From Octopus bimaculoides (lineage: Eukaryota): a stretch of DNA of 64,000 nt. Positions within the stretch are counted from its first letter, which is position 1. Each line of letters starts with the position of its first letter. Under the pieces are notes generated by a model, which had not been told where the DNA came from, did no database searches, and was given only the letters and a program-made list of their open reading frames with translations. The stretch lies in assembly GCF_001194135.2 (NCBI RefSeq), contig NC_068984.1:86684635-86748634 (forward strand), given 5' to 3'. Positions 25,735 through 38,329 of this stretch are shown here, in pieces. Both the position numbers and the translations under genes were made by a program.

Positions 25735-26910
25735 AGAGGGATGCCATGTATAAGTGTGCTGTCAGTAAGGTGAGAGTTAACCACAAATACAGTGAAGAAT
25801 TTGGTGTACAGGTAGGTGTTCATCAGTGCTCAGTCCTCATTTCCCAACTTTTTTATCATAGTCTTCCAGGCCATACCAGAGGAATTCAAACAGACTCTAT
25901 ATCAGAGCTAGAAAAGAAATTCCAGGTATAGAAGCAAAAGGGCCTTAAGGTTAACTTAGTAAAGACTAAGATCCTGGTAAGCAAAAAAAACAGACAGGAC
26001 TTTACCCACATCAGGTAAGTGGCTCTACTCAATATGTAGGAAAGGTGTCGACAGGAATTCCATACAGTTAACCCAGTGTAAGCTATGGACACACAAGAGG
26101 TGCAGTGGAATAATAGGAAGCTTATCAGAGAAAGTTGTGCCCATATGTAGAAGATGCTTAGGAGCCATAAAAACTACAGATACTCAGGAAATTGAGTCTC
26201 TCAAATGCCCTGTTGTCATTAGAGGTAGGAGATAATTTCTGCTACCAAGGGGACCAAATTAGTAATGGGGAAGGATGTACAGAGACTGTAATAGCTAAAA
26301 TAAGAATAGGATGGAGAAAATTCAACGAGATTTTACTCTGTCAGCAACCAAAGGTTTCTCTTTCCGAATGAAAGGAAAATCGTATGATGTATGCGAACAG
26401 CAATTCTACATGATAGTGAGATGTGAGCCCTGAATGCAGAGAACATGCAAAGGTTAGAGAGGAATGAGGCTAGTGTGCTCCACTGGATGTGTAATGTAAG
26501 TGTACATGTACAATAATGTTAGTGCATTGAGAGAGAAGTTAGGTATAAGGAGAAGTAGATGCAGTGTGCAAGAGAGAAGATTGTGCTGGTTTGGTCACGT
26601 GATGCAGATGGATGATGACAGCTCCATAAAGAAATATCATTCGCTCAAAGTGGATAGAACTTGTGAAAGAGGAAGACCCAAGCAGATATGGGACAAAGGA
26701 CAACTTCAGAATGCTGAATCTTTCAGATGAGATAATAAAAGACTGAGATACCTGACACCTCCACAGCAGAAGCGTTAAGACCACATCCCCCGGTGAAGAG
26801 AATGGCCTGCAAAAGTCTGTGCTGGTGCTATGTAAAAAAGCACTTGTACCAGTGCCACATAAAAGTACCCATGTCAGTGCCATATTAAAAGCACCCAGCA
26901 CACATCATCA
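25735..26910 (+). mobile_element. RTE LINE RT-to-3'-end remnant
   Basis: SKVRVNHKYSEEFGVQVGVHQ.SVL (RT motif), then LREKLGIR...QERRLCWFGHVMQM...GRPKQIWD. Confidence 0.88.
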
Positions 26911-27107
26911 CCATCACAAATCCAGTGAGGCAGTAACATAATATATCTACACATTGTGTATATAGTTATTTGGTTTACTATCTACATGGCATAGGTCTGA
27001 CAGATCAGGATTGATTTGGAGCTAAACAACATTGGCAACACTCTTATTGATACAGTTTTTGAAAGCTTTTGAAAATTCAGTATACAGAAGTACATCTATA
27101 TGTTTAA

Positions 27108-27324
27108 CTCTTTAGCATTCAGGCTCCTCTATTAAATGCAATGCTTATTTATTCACGCTGTATTGAATTAACCATGCTTAATCTTGTAGCTTTCAAATTT
27201 TGATGACATGACTGTTTACCTTTAAAATGACATGAGATAGTTGTGAAAGGTTGAATGTGGCCAGTTTCAACATAAAAAAGGTAGAATATTTGGACTGAAT
27301 ATGGCCAGTTCAAATGCTAAAGGG
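27108..27324 (-). mobile_element. piggyBac-type MITE family 1
   Basis: TTAA flanks at 27104-27107 and 27325-27328; internal sequence inverted relative to the 5669 copy. Confidence 0.85.
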
Positions 27325-27639
27325 TTAAAGCAATAAGCAAATTAAACTATTGAGGATAAATAAATCCAAAACTACAGTTAGTTTGATGTCTGCTGTATAA
27401 TGCTGAAAATTTGTAGAGTATCAGCTAAATTTCAATTCACAACAGACATGAATTGGGCATAAGCATAGCTGTGTGGATAAGAATTTCTCTTCACAATCAC
27501 AGTTTCAGATTCAATCCCCATAACACAGCACTTGTTACAAGTGTATTTTAGTATAACCATGAGTCAACCAAATACCTTGTGAGGAATTTAGTAGGCAGAA
27601 ACTGTACAAAGCCAATCAAATGAGATTCTCTCTTTCTGG

Positions 27640-27662
27640 GAGAGAGAGATAGAGATAGAGAG

Positions 27663-27718
<56 letters not shown>
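27640..27718. repeat. (AG)n-(GT)n compound microsatellite
   Basis: Direct reading of the sequence. Confidence 0.95.
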
Positions 27719-27722
<4 letters not shown>

Positions 27723-28261
27723 TAGTCTGTACTTTGGATGAAAATTACTGAATTAAGGATGATGAAATTTATTGTCATTTCTCTATCAACAAACTGTTCA
27801 GTAGTTCAGCAAAGGGAATGAAAACACCTTTCTTTGAAAAATAAGTAAATGTTGATGATAATAAAGGAATCCAGTTATAAAACAATGCCTCAATAACATA
27901 TATTAATTTCTGTAACTCTTGCAGGAATGGAAATATAATGGAACATAAAACAAAGCACAGGCATAACTCATATCATTTCGAGTTTTTTTTTTTTCTTAAA
28001 GAAATTAATGGAGAAAATAAATCTTAACTTCAATCAATTTATCCAACTTTATGTCAGTTTCAGTGAACATATTTGAAAACACAAACATTAAAAAAACAAC
28101 TTAAAACAGCAAAGGGGAACATCAAATACTTGTGAAAATATGTACAAGCCATTTATTAAAACAGATATAAGCCAATAAAGTTTTAGAAATATGTTACATT
28201 GGATTTCAAGTGAAGTCATGTGTCTTGGAACCAGCCATCAACATAAGTTGAAATATGCCTA

Positions 28262-28625
28262 TCTTTTATCTCTTACATGTTTCAATCATTAGAGTGCATC
28301 CATGCTGAGGCACTATCTTAAGGAATTTTTAGTCAAACTTATTGATCCCAGTACTTATTCTATTGGTCTCTTTCAACAAAGCTCTAAGTTATGGGGATGT
28401 GAACACACCAACACTAGTTGTCGAGCAGTGGAGGCNNNNNNNNNNNNNNNNNGGGGGGGGGGGAGCACAGATACACATGTATATATACAATAGGTTTCTT
28501 TCAGTTTCCGTCTACCGAATCCACTCACAAGGCTATATTAGAAAACACTTTCCCAAAGTGCCATGCAGGAGGACTGAACCCAGAATCATGTGGTTGGGAA
28601 GCAAATTTCTTACCACACAGTACCG
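28262..28625 (-). mobile_element. SINE family A (spans a short N gap)
   Basis: Tail at 28262 and head near 28620. Confidence 0.8.
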
Positions 28626-29472
28626 AGTTTCTTTACATGCTTATGTAGCAGACTTATTTCATCATTAGGTTTATCAGCCCTACCTGGCCTTTGGTTGCCT
28701 TTAGTTTGCAAACATTATGAGCAGATCTCTATTCTGAAGATTCTTATATCAGATGGCCTGAAGGTCATGCACATGGCCCCTTCCTCCTGTTTAAGTTATT
28801 TAATATATATGCTAATGGTGGTGGTGGGGGGACTTTTCTGTACTGTATTCTAAGCTTGTTCATATCGTTTAATTAACTAACTCAGAATTCATTATAATTA
28901 GATTATATATATCAGGTGTGGCTGTGTGATAAGTTTGCTTCCTACCCACATGGTCTAAGGGTTGTTTTTTAGGATTCATGAAAGAAGGTAAGTAGGTAAA
29001 AAAGTGAGCCCTAAAAACAACCCCAAGACCTGAAGTTGACACACCTAATCACAAAGCTTTACATGCATGACTGTACTCTAAGAAATAACACAACTCTGAT
29101 TTTAATCAATAGAAACTTTCTATAATAACTTTCCATCAGAACTTATCCTACAACCTAATTATCATTTAAGACAGCTCCACTTAACCCAGAAAAAATAATC
29201 TTAGCAGTGACTATATAGTGCCAAGATGAACTCAAATATATACCACAGTCCAATGAAGGCTAGCAAGTCAAAATTTCAAAATCACTGTCAACACTATTCT
29301 TGTGAAAGAATAATAAACATAAGTTGAAATATGCCTATCTTTTATCTCTTACATGTTTCAATCATTAGAGTGCATCCATGCTGAGGCACTATCTTAAGGA
29401 ATTTTTAGTCAAACTTATTGACCCCAGTACTTATTCTATTGGTCTCTTTCAACAAAGCTCTAAGTTATGGGG

Positions 29473-29872
29473 TAGGAGTGGCTGTGTGGTAAGTAGCTTG
29501 CTTACCAACCACATGGTCCCGGGTTCAGTCCCACTGCGTGGCATCTTGGGCAAGTGTCTTCTACTATAGCCTCGGGCCGACCAATGCCTTGTGAGTGGAT
29601 TTGGTAGACGGAAACTGAAAGAAGCCTGTCGTATATATGTATATATATATATGTATGTGTGTATGTGTTTGTATGTCTGTGTTTGTCCCCCCAACATCGC
29701 TTGACAACCGATGCTGGTGTGTTTATGTCCCTGTAACTTAGCGGTTCGGCAAAAGAGACCGATAGAATAAGTACTAGGCTTCCAAAGAATAAGTCCTGGG
29801 GTCGATTTGCTCGACTAAAGGCGGTGCTCCAGCATGGCCACAGTCAAAAGACTGAAACAAGTAAAAGAGTAT
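29473..29872 (+). mobile_element. SINE family A, near-intact young copy
   Basis: A-box TGGCTGTGTGG, B-box GGTTCAGTCCC, CpGs retained throughout, GACTGAAACAAGTAAAAGAGTA tail. Confidence 0.92.
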
Positions 29873-32211
29873 ATGCACTACAAAAAATTAGTAATCCTTC
29901 AATTTAATGTAAGATTGGTTCTATTTTTCATAATTTGACAAAAAAAGCAAACATTTATAAGTATATATTGATGTTTGTTTTTATGAAGCAATGAAAACAA
30001 TTTTACATTAAATTGAAGGATTACTCAATATATTTGGTCGAGTATACATTTTTTATACTTTAGTAAGAGTAGTTTTGACAGTGACTTCAAGCTAAGGCAT
30101 CAACTGGGCCTGAAAATGAAATAGTTGATTAAGAACTAAACAAGTTGTTGTTTAGATACTGAACAACCTGAATTAAACAAACCTATAATCAAAAATGTTC
30201 AAGTCATGACCCTCCTGTCTCCTTTTCAGACATAATGTACCATGAACTATCTTATCCACTGTGTTCTTCCATTTTTAAAACTGTAAAGTCTGATTTGAGA
30301 AACAGTAGTTGCTAATTCTCTCAGGCAAATAACCAAGTAAAGGTTGGGAACTGAAAAGTTGGGAACCGTGATAATTATGTTCAAGCTAAAGAGATTTGTT
30401 CTCAAGTGAAGCAAATACAAAGCAAGTTAAGTTTATATAGGTTATTTTGATGATAATTCCAGTGAGAATAATGAATCCTTTCTGTGAATTCCTAAATATT
30501 TGTATCAACATTTCAAACATTTTAATCCTCAACTTCTGACATATTTACTCATCATTTTATTCTGTTACTAAACTGCAGTCATTCTAAGGCACTGCCTTGA
30601 AAAGTTTAGTTGAACAAATCAATTCCAGTACTTAATTTCAATCTGGTACATATTCTGTTAGTCTCTTTTTGCTGAACTATTAAATTACAGGGATGTTAAC
30701 AAACCAACGCCAGTTGTCAAGTGGTTGGAGACAAACACAAAGGCATGCACACACAGACACATATGGCTGACCTTTTTCATCATTGGTTGAAAGTATTGCA
30801 AAGACAGTAACTTAACCACTTTTGCTTTGCCTCGGCTGTTTCCAGAAGCAAGTGCCTAACTCCAAGCCACATACACACACACACATACCATCATCATTTA
30901 ATGTCCATTTTCCATGCTGGTATGGGTTAGATGGTTTGGCTGGAGCTGATAAGCCAGAGAGCTACACCAGGCTCCAGTCATCTGATTTGGCCTGATTTCT
31001 ACAGCTGGCTTCCCTTCCTAATGTCAACCACTTTATTATGTATTGGGTGTCTTCTACATGTTACCAGTATGGGTGCCTTTTACATGTTACCAGCACTGGC
31101 CATAACTAAACACACACACACACACACACAATAAGCTTCTATCTAACAAATTAACTCATGAGAGACATTGGTTGGCCTAGGCCTGTAGTAGAAGATACTT
31201 GCCTAAAATTCCACCATGTAGTTGCAAAATGAATTTCTCAACCATGCTTTCCAATAAGATGCTTTGGTTTTAAAATGCTTTCTGATATAATAATAATTTC
31301 TAACATAGACACAATGCCAGAAAGTTGTGAGGATGTAGTCCTCAAAAATAATGAAATAAAGTACCAATCAAGTAGAGTAGTTGATGTTGACAGTCCCCAG
31401 TATTTAACTGGTACTTTGTGTTATTGACCAAGGAAAGATGAAAGGAAAATTTGACCAAGGTGGAATTTGAACTGAAATGGTCTGAGCCAAAAATATATGA
31501 CAAGACATTCTAAAAATTTACTTTCCCATATTTGTGATATAATAATGCAAAGTGAGAGCCTGTTTGCATATGTACCCTTTTAGGGTAGCCTCCTTCTCTA
31601 CCCTCCACCAAGAGAGATTAACAGCTGTCTCTTTTACTTACAAACACCCAATAATTTGGGGGTCCACCTTATAGTTGTATCTACTCTTTGTCTCATCCTC
31701 TACAATAATCTCTGCTACTGTCTAGCAGGGTGAAGCAGAGATAGATTTGATTGCTAGTTCTAGCAAACTGAATAACCTGGTCAGAGTTCCCTCTACAGCT
31801 CAAGCAAATACAATATAACCCTGTGATACTTTTATACTGTAGCTTAAACTGGGTAAAGACAGAACTAGTTATGGGATGAAAGCTAGAGAATTATTTCCAA
31901 ATACATATTAGTATCATAGTTTACAGGGTTACATCAATCAAATTAACTAAATAATAACAGAAGAATTAATGCAACATTAAACTGGGATGCATATACCACA
32001 GTTTACCCTGGAAGTAATGCAATACTTCTAGAGAGATAAAGATACAACTAAAATATCAAGTAACTAATAATGTATGACTATGTCTAAGCATCTCCTAAGG
32101 CCTCTCTGTACTGTAACTTGACAAGCGTTACACAAACTAGGTGCAAAAGAAGATTCAGAGGGTTCATCAACCCATACATACATGCAGAAAATGTTAAGGT
32201 TTATTATATAT

Positions 32212-32266
<55 letters not shown>

Positions 32267-32412
32267 NNNNNNNNNNNNNNNNNNNNNNNNNNNNNNNNNN
32301 NNNNNNNNNNNNNNNNNNNNNNNNNNNNNNNNNNNNNNNNNNNNNNNNNNNNNNNNNNNNNNNNNNNNNNNNNNNNNNNNNNNNNNNNNNNNATACATAT
32401 ATATATATATAC

Positions 32413-32457
<45 letters not shown>

Positions 32458-32680
32458 CATATATATATATACATATATATATACATATATATATACATAT
32501 ATATATATACATATATATATACATATATATATATATACATATATATATACATACATATATATATATACATATATATATACATATATATATACATATATAT
32601 AGATACATATATATATACATACATATATATAGATATACATATATAAATACAAACATATACACACACACACACACAGAGAA
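32212..32680. repeat. Long (AT)n/(ATAC)n microsatellite interrupted by an N gap
   Basis: Direct reading of the sequence. Confidence 0.95.
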
Positions 32681-33662
32681 AGAGAGTTGACTGATTAAAA
32701 TATAACCCATTAAGTATGATACATTTAACTCTGAATCTTAAAATCAAGAACCAGATGGCTGCTTCTAATTAGTGTTATAATTAGAGTTTAATTACAGTGA
32801 AGTCAATGAATGATTTAGTTAGAATTTATCTAGAAAAATCTAGAACTTGTAGATCAACAGGCTGACAATATTATATAAAGTGGTGATTGATCGAATTCGA
32901 CTAATGCTGAGGTGTACTTGTTTAATGATTTATCAACTTTCACAATTCAATTCAATCATCTTATACCTGCACTTCTTTTAGTGTGTTTTCAGTGAAGAGT
33001 TCAATAAAGTATTAATTAATACATTGTATATAGTTGTATATTGTGCTGCACTCTGTAAGAGTGCGAAACTTCAATATTATAAAGGAGCAGGTGCGCGGCG
33101 ATGTATGCTTCACTAGCGTGACTTGACCTTACATTTTCTAATAATAGTACATGTCATTCAAGACAGTTTGACAATCCAATTAAATCAAATAGATGGATAA
33201 TGATATGTTTCTTCATTATAACACAAACGTGTCTAATTTAAGACACAATGAAATATTTTTAAAAAGAAGTAATATTCTCATTATATTTATATCGTATATT
33301 AAACAGGAAAAAACTGACTGTTGACCTGTTCAAACATGAGTGAAAACAAATGAAAAAAAGAACAAAAAAAACATTGATTTGGATATCGAACAGAGGAATG
33401 TGGTACTCATCATAAATTTGCCTATGATGATACCAGAGTCGACATCAGTCTTTGACTATCGCTTCTAAAACATCAACATCTTATGAATGTAATTTGTTCA
33501 CGAGTAAAATTATGTTACAGTAATCGCGGCAAAGCCTTTTAAATGTAGTTGTGCAAACACTAACACACTATAACCGACCCATAGATCAAACAATGAGTGT
33601 AAAACATTTTCGAAAGAGAATTCATTCGACTTAAAACGATGATAGAAAAAACATTTTTCTTG

Positions 33663-33702
<40 letters not shown>

Positions 33703-33903
33703 TCTGATGAAATAATGCATTAGAATATGAAAGTAAATAAAGTTAGCAAAACGAAGGATGGGGTGAATGAATGAAAAGCGTGATAAGATATACTTCAGAG
33801 ACAGACAGGGACGGTTGTGTGATTAGATAGAAATTCCATTGATAGCAAAACTGAGTTTTATATTAGAGAAAAATTCCAATTGAATTAGCCAAGTCTTTCC
33901 TAC

Positions 33904-34005
33904 CTGCAGTTGGTCGTGATGTCCCAAAGAAACAGATCTTCTGTGACTCTTTTTGGCCTTCTTTTCACTAGCAGTACTGCATAAAACATCCCAGTCTTCT
34001 GAAGT
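33904..34005 (-). CDS. GLCCI1: GLCCI1/FAM117 exon TSEDWDVLCSTASEKKAKKSHRRSVSLGHHDQLQ
   Basis: Acceptor ATCGTATTGTAG|ACT and donor CAG|GTAGGA, 102 nt. Aligns to human TPSCW...KRSHQRSASWGSADQL. Confidence 0.9.
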
Positions 34006-34266
34006 CTACAATACGATATTAAAGAAGAAAAGGTTATTACCAATACTATTCATATAACTATTGATCTACCGGTAATATACAATTTAGGAAGATATTTACA
34101 TTTAACATCTGTCCACAACTTCCCATAGCTAATTACTCTTTTTTTTTTATATAGTTATTATTAACCTGAATTCTTCAGACAATAAAAAAGAAAACGACCA
34201 CTAAAAACAAAATAAGAATCAAACAAAATAATAATAATGAAGAGAAAAAGAGAAATGAGTACCCAC

Positions 34267-34278
34267 CAGATTATCCAT
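34267..34278 (-). CDS. GLCCI1: Putative GLCCI1 start exon coding part, MDNL
   Basis: ACAATGG context, ATG GAT AAT CTG|GTGGGT, phase 0, giving a 261-nt intron to the next exon. Lies in a CpG-retaining region with an upstream ETS-like motif. Supported by structure only, not by homology. Confidence 0.55.
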
Positions 34279-34419
34279 TGTATATACACTGTTGTAGCAG
34301 TAGACTAACTAGTAACGGCGAAATCTAACAACAACAGCAGCAAAAGCAGCAGCAGCTTTAACAGTAGTAATATCAGCAGCAGCTTTTATCATAACAGTAG
34401 TAGCAGTAGCAGCAGCAGT

Positions 34420-34460
34420 AGCTTTCGTGGAAGTGGCGAGGACAAAATGTCTTTAAAAAA
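34420..34460 (-). promoter_or_regulatory. Putative GLCCI1 promoter/TSS region (TTTGTCCTCGCCA followed by CACTTCC)
   Basis: ETS-type GGAAGTG at 34429-34435. CpGs are visibly frequent over about 32.9-35.2 kb compared with the introns. Confidence 0.4.
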
Positions 34461-37400
34461 AACCATACAGAATAACTTCTAAAACCTAACAAACAATAAT
34501 ATTTATACTAAAAATATTACAATCGAAGCAATAAAACGAAGGTGCTTCTATATCGTCGTTCGATCTGGTGGAAATAGTAGCTAAATGTTCTTCAAATTTC
34601 ACCCCGACAATCTTAGAGAACAGAAGGACACATTTGATAATGTGATCCCAGATATACTTATACCTCAAAATAATACGGGATAATCATGGCTGGAACACAG
34701 TTAAACATTGCTTTGTTCGATCAAGACTGACTCGGGGTTAAACAACAACAATGATTTTCAATACAAAAGTTGTGTTTATATGAATGATTTGAGCCACACA
34801 AAAAAAAAAAAAAAAAAACAAGTAGAAAATATTGGTGAGAAGTGTTGAGATGCTTACAGCATGATAAGGATGGTTTTAAAAGATATTCATAATTATGTTA
34901 CGATAAAAATTCTAGACTTATCCAAATAAGCAATATAGCATTATAAAATTTAAATAAAGAATTGGTTATCACAAGGTCAACCCAGATCGAATAAACCTAT
35001 GAAAGTAGGCATACCGGTCGTGACCATCACGTTTATTTTATTTAATTTATTTTTTTCATTCATATACAGTATATTTAGGACTACATTACCCGTGTTTTTC
35101 AAAATAGGAGTCTGATTTGAAATGAATTTGGCTGCTATTTATAGCAAATGGAATATTAGCCTACAAATAACGCAATTAAAGTGTACGATATACATGTAAA
35201 GGTTTTCGTTAATAATTTAATGCATAAGATGATTAATTACCACATAGAACTTAAGTCTACAATATTCAAAGGGACAGTTATAGTATATATCCAAATAAAA
35301 TGTGTTTAGTGATTTACTTAAAAGAAAAAACAAAAACAAAACGTCTTGCCTTTAGCAATTTCCTACACAATGCAACCTTAAAACAGGTGTGTGTGTTTTA
35401 AATAGATTAAAAAAGAAAAACTCTTTATAGATATTAAGAATGTCAATATCCCTGTTATGATTAGTGATCACCATCATCATCATCATCATTTATAATTGAT
35501 TTCTATGTGGACGTGACTTGTATAGTAGTAACTTTCTGAATCAGTTCTTATCTTGGAGATAGTGCCATCCTAAATGAGCTGAACAGTAACTATGTTCCAT
35601 TCGTACATCCTATTTTTGACATAGTTTCTACAATTGGATATGTTATCTGTCACCAGCCTTTTTACAGAGTGGTCTGGGTGCATTTTATGGCACCAGGTCT
35701 AGAGAGGTTGTCATGTCCTCAGCAAAATGAAAAAGTCTTTTCTATCCTTTTTGTCTCTGTTCATTTGGCAACCACTTTATAGAGTGTACTGGAACAATAG
35801 AAAGAAAAATGTAGATTCAGTTTCAAATCTTGGCTTACAATCTTTGAAGCTATTTGTTACATCACTCTTTCCCTAAGAGAGTTGGTCAAAAGCAAACAAA
35901 TGACAATAGCAAAAATTGCAGAAATGTGCACAATGTGAAAGTTGAAGAAAATTCAAAATTGTGAATCTAGGATTTAACCGTTGAAAGACATAAGAGTAAC
36001 TGAAAATGCAATAGAGATATTTTTTCTGATATATGCAGCTCAAAAGTCAGTTCAGATAGTTTAATTTTCATCTCCAATTGTAGAAAGCTGTTGTCATATC
36101 TTCACAGAAAGGCAACATCTGGTAGAGAAGGTGGCAATTCTTTAAGTTGGGTGTCAACAGACTGTAATGATTATTGTAGTATTTTGTAGAGAAATCATTT
36201 AATTCTTGAGTCAGAAGTTATAAAGTGTAATGATAATGTGCACACATTGGCACATCAGCATCACCAATTTATATGTAGCATTTAAATGAAAGAAAAAAAT
36301 ATTGTTAATTGAAATGGCCCTATGTTTGTGTCATCATCATTACAATATAAGATACTTCTTCAAGTCGTAGTTATATAATGATAATTTTCCATTCTGTAGG
36401 TAATTAGTTTCTCCTTTTGTTGACTGCTAGAAAACTGATGGAAAAAGGAGAGAGAAAAAGTAAGAGAGTCTACCTTTCTGAGCTGATAAGTAGACAGGGT
36501 GTAAGTTGTATTGCCACACAATGACAATCCATAAGAGAAAGAGAGAAATAGATGCTCTTCAGCTAAGTGTTAAGTAACCAAAGAGACAGAACCGATTTTG
36601 GGTTCTGTATTTATATTTTTTTTAACTAAATTAGGTCAGGTGGAACAAAAAAATTTTTCTCTGTAATCAGCCTTGATCTAAGGTTGACTCAAAAGGTTAC
36701 ACGTTAACAATTGACACTCAAATTTCCTAGTGCAAAAGCTGAGAACAATAAGAGAACTTGTAGAAAAATGTAGATCCGGTTTCAACTCTTAGCTTAGAAT
36801 CTAGGAAGCTGTTCATTACACCTTTCAATTAGATATGGCTAAGAGGGTGATTAGGAGAGAAAGTGATAATGAAAAGAGAACTAAAGTGAGAATGTGAAGA
36901 AAGAGAGAGAGAGTATGAATATGATGGGTATAATAGAGTGATAGGAGTGAAGACAGGAAGAGAAAGACAGTGATAGGTAGCTATATATGTTTATTGTCAG
37001 TAAAGAAATTGATTAGAAAAACAGTATAAGTGGAATGTCAATGAAAATGGAAAGAGAGGGGAAAGATAGAGTGATATATGTCAACAAAGAGTGATAGAGA
37101 GTGAGTAAGGTGAGAGAAAGAGAATGAAAGATTGAAGAATAGCAATAAAGATAGGTGATAGTATGTGACGATGAGTGGTGGATAGCAACAGAAGTGGGTA
37201 AGAGAAAAGTGATGAGGAAAGAGAGTGATAGCTAGTAGTAAAGAAGGGTGATGGTAGGGGTTTGAATAGGGACAGATCAGATACCAACCTTCAAAGCCAT
37301 CTTAAGGCATAACCACACTGGGCAGTTACCTAGGGGCCTCACAGGTCTAAAAGTTCAATTTTGATCTATGTATGATGTGGTTTGCAGTCAATAAATAAAT

Positions 37401-37609
37401 ACTATAGGACTCAGTTCACTGATTTGCTCAGAAGCTTATAATATTACTAAGATTATTCAGCCAACTTTTTTTACGCAGGTGGTATGGTACAGTGAATACA
37501 AAAGATGTGGAGTGTTAGAATGAGGTTAAATGGAAAGGTGTGAAGGCAATATTTGGAGACATAACAGGAATATATATATGGTGAGAGATCCAATGTGGAT
37601 ATACATTCC

Positions 37610-38050
37610 AATCTTCATCACCATTTAACATCCACTCTGCCATGCTTAAATAGGCAGATAGGTTTTCTCCAGCACTATCTATCAGCAATTATCAGTCTTT
37701 TGTCATCTTTTTAGTGAAGTTCAACTTGAGATCAATCTTCACCATTTTATCCCAAATCTTTCTAAGTTTTCATCATCAATATATTCCATCTACATTGGGT
37801 ACACTGCACATCTTTATTCAACTGACATCCTCAATAGGCATTACTTACTCATAGCAGTGCAGTCTTCTCTTTTGCACACTACATCTGACTCCTCTTGTAT
37901 CCAGCTCTTTTGTGCTCTGTTATTGGTGTACTCTAACATTATACATCCAGCACAGTATGCCTACTTAATTTCTTTCAAACTCTCACCAATTTGCCAATGG
38001 ATTACAAGACTATGTTTTTCTACAATTCATGAACTTGCAACAATGTAAAC
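37610..38050 (-). mobile_element. RTE LINE 3' remnant
   Basis: Reverse complement of the QE.RL.W.GH-type ORF end (CAGTCTTCTCTTTTGCACAC) and the 3' UTR start. Confidence 0.65.
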
Positions 38051-38329
38051 TATACATGAACTCACCAAGTTACTTTTATCTACTAATCTAAAGAGTGAAA
38101 ATATCTATGAGTTATCTTCTCCTTTCATAACAACCAATTTCTGGAATGAATAACTAAAATAACTAAATTCGTGTTTTCCTTCACCAGATTTTCTTCAAGT
38201 ACCCTCATCTGTTCTAATTTCCTCCTTCTTGTTCTTTACTATTCTTACTTCAATTAATTTATCTATATCCGCGAATCATTCTTGTCTCATGCCACTCTGT
38301 ATATAAAACATTCTCTAATTTTACCAAGT

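Noticed and set aside
29473-29545. tRNA-like sequences with A and B boxes (also at 3390, 3722, 62870 and others)
   Set aside because: These are SINE heads: they lack a complete cloverleaf and continue into SINE bodies.
32064-32747. Long ORFs on both strands (154-227 aa)
   Set aside because: They are translations of (AT)n/(ATAC)n microsatellite and an N gap. The tail VWVDEPSESSFAPSLCNACQ... has no acceptor and no recognisable homology.
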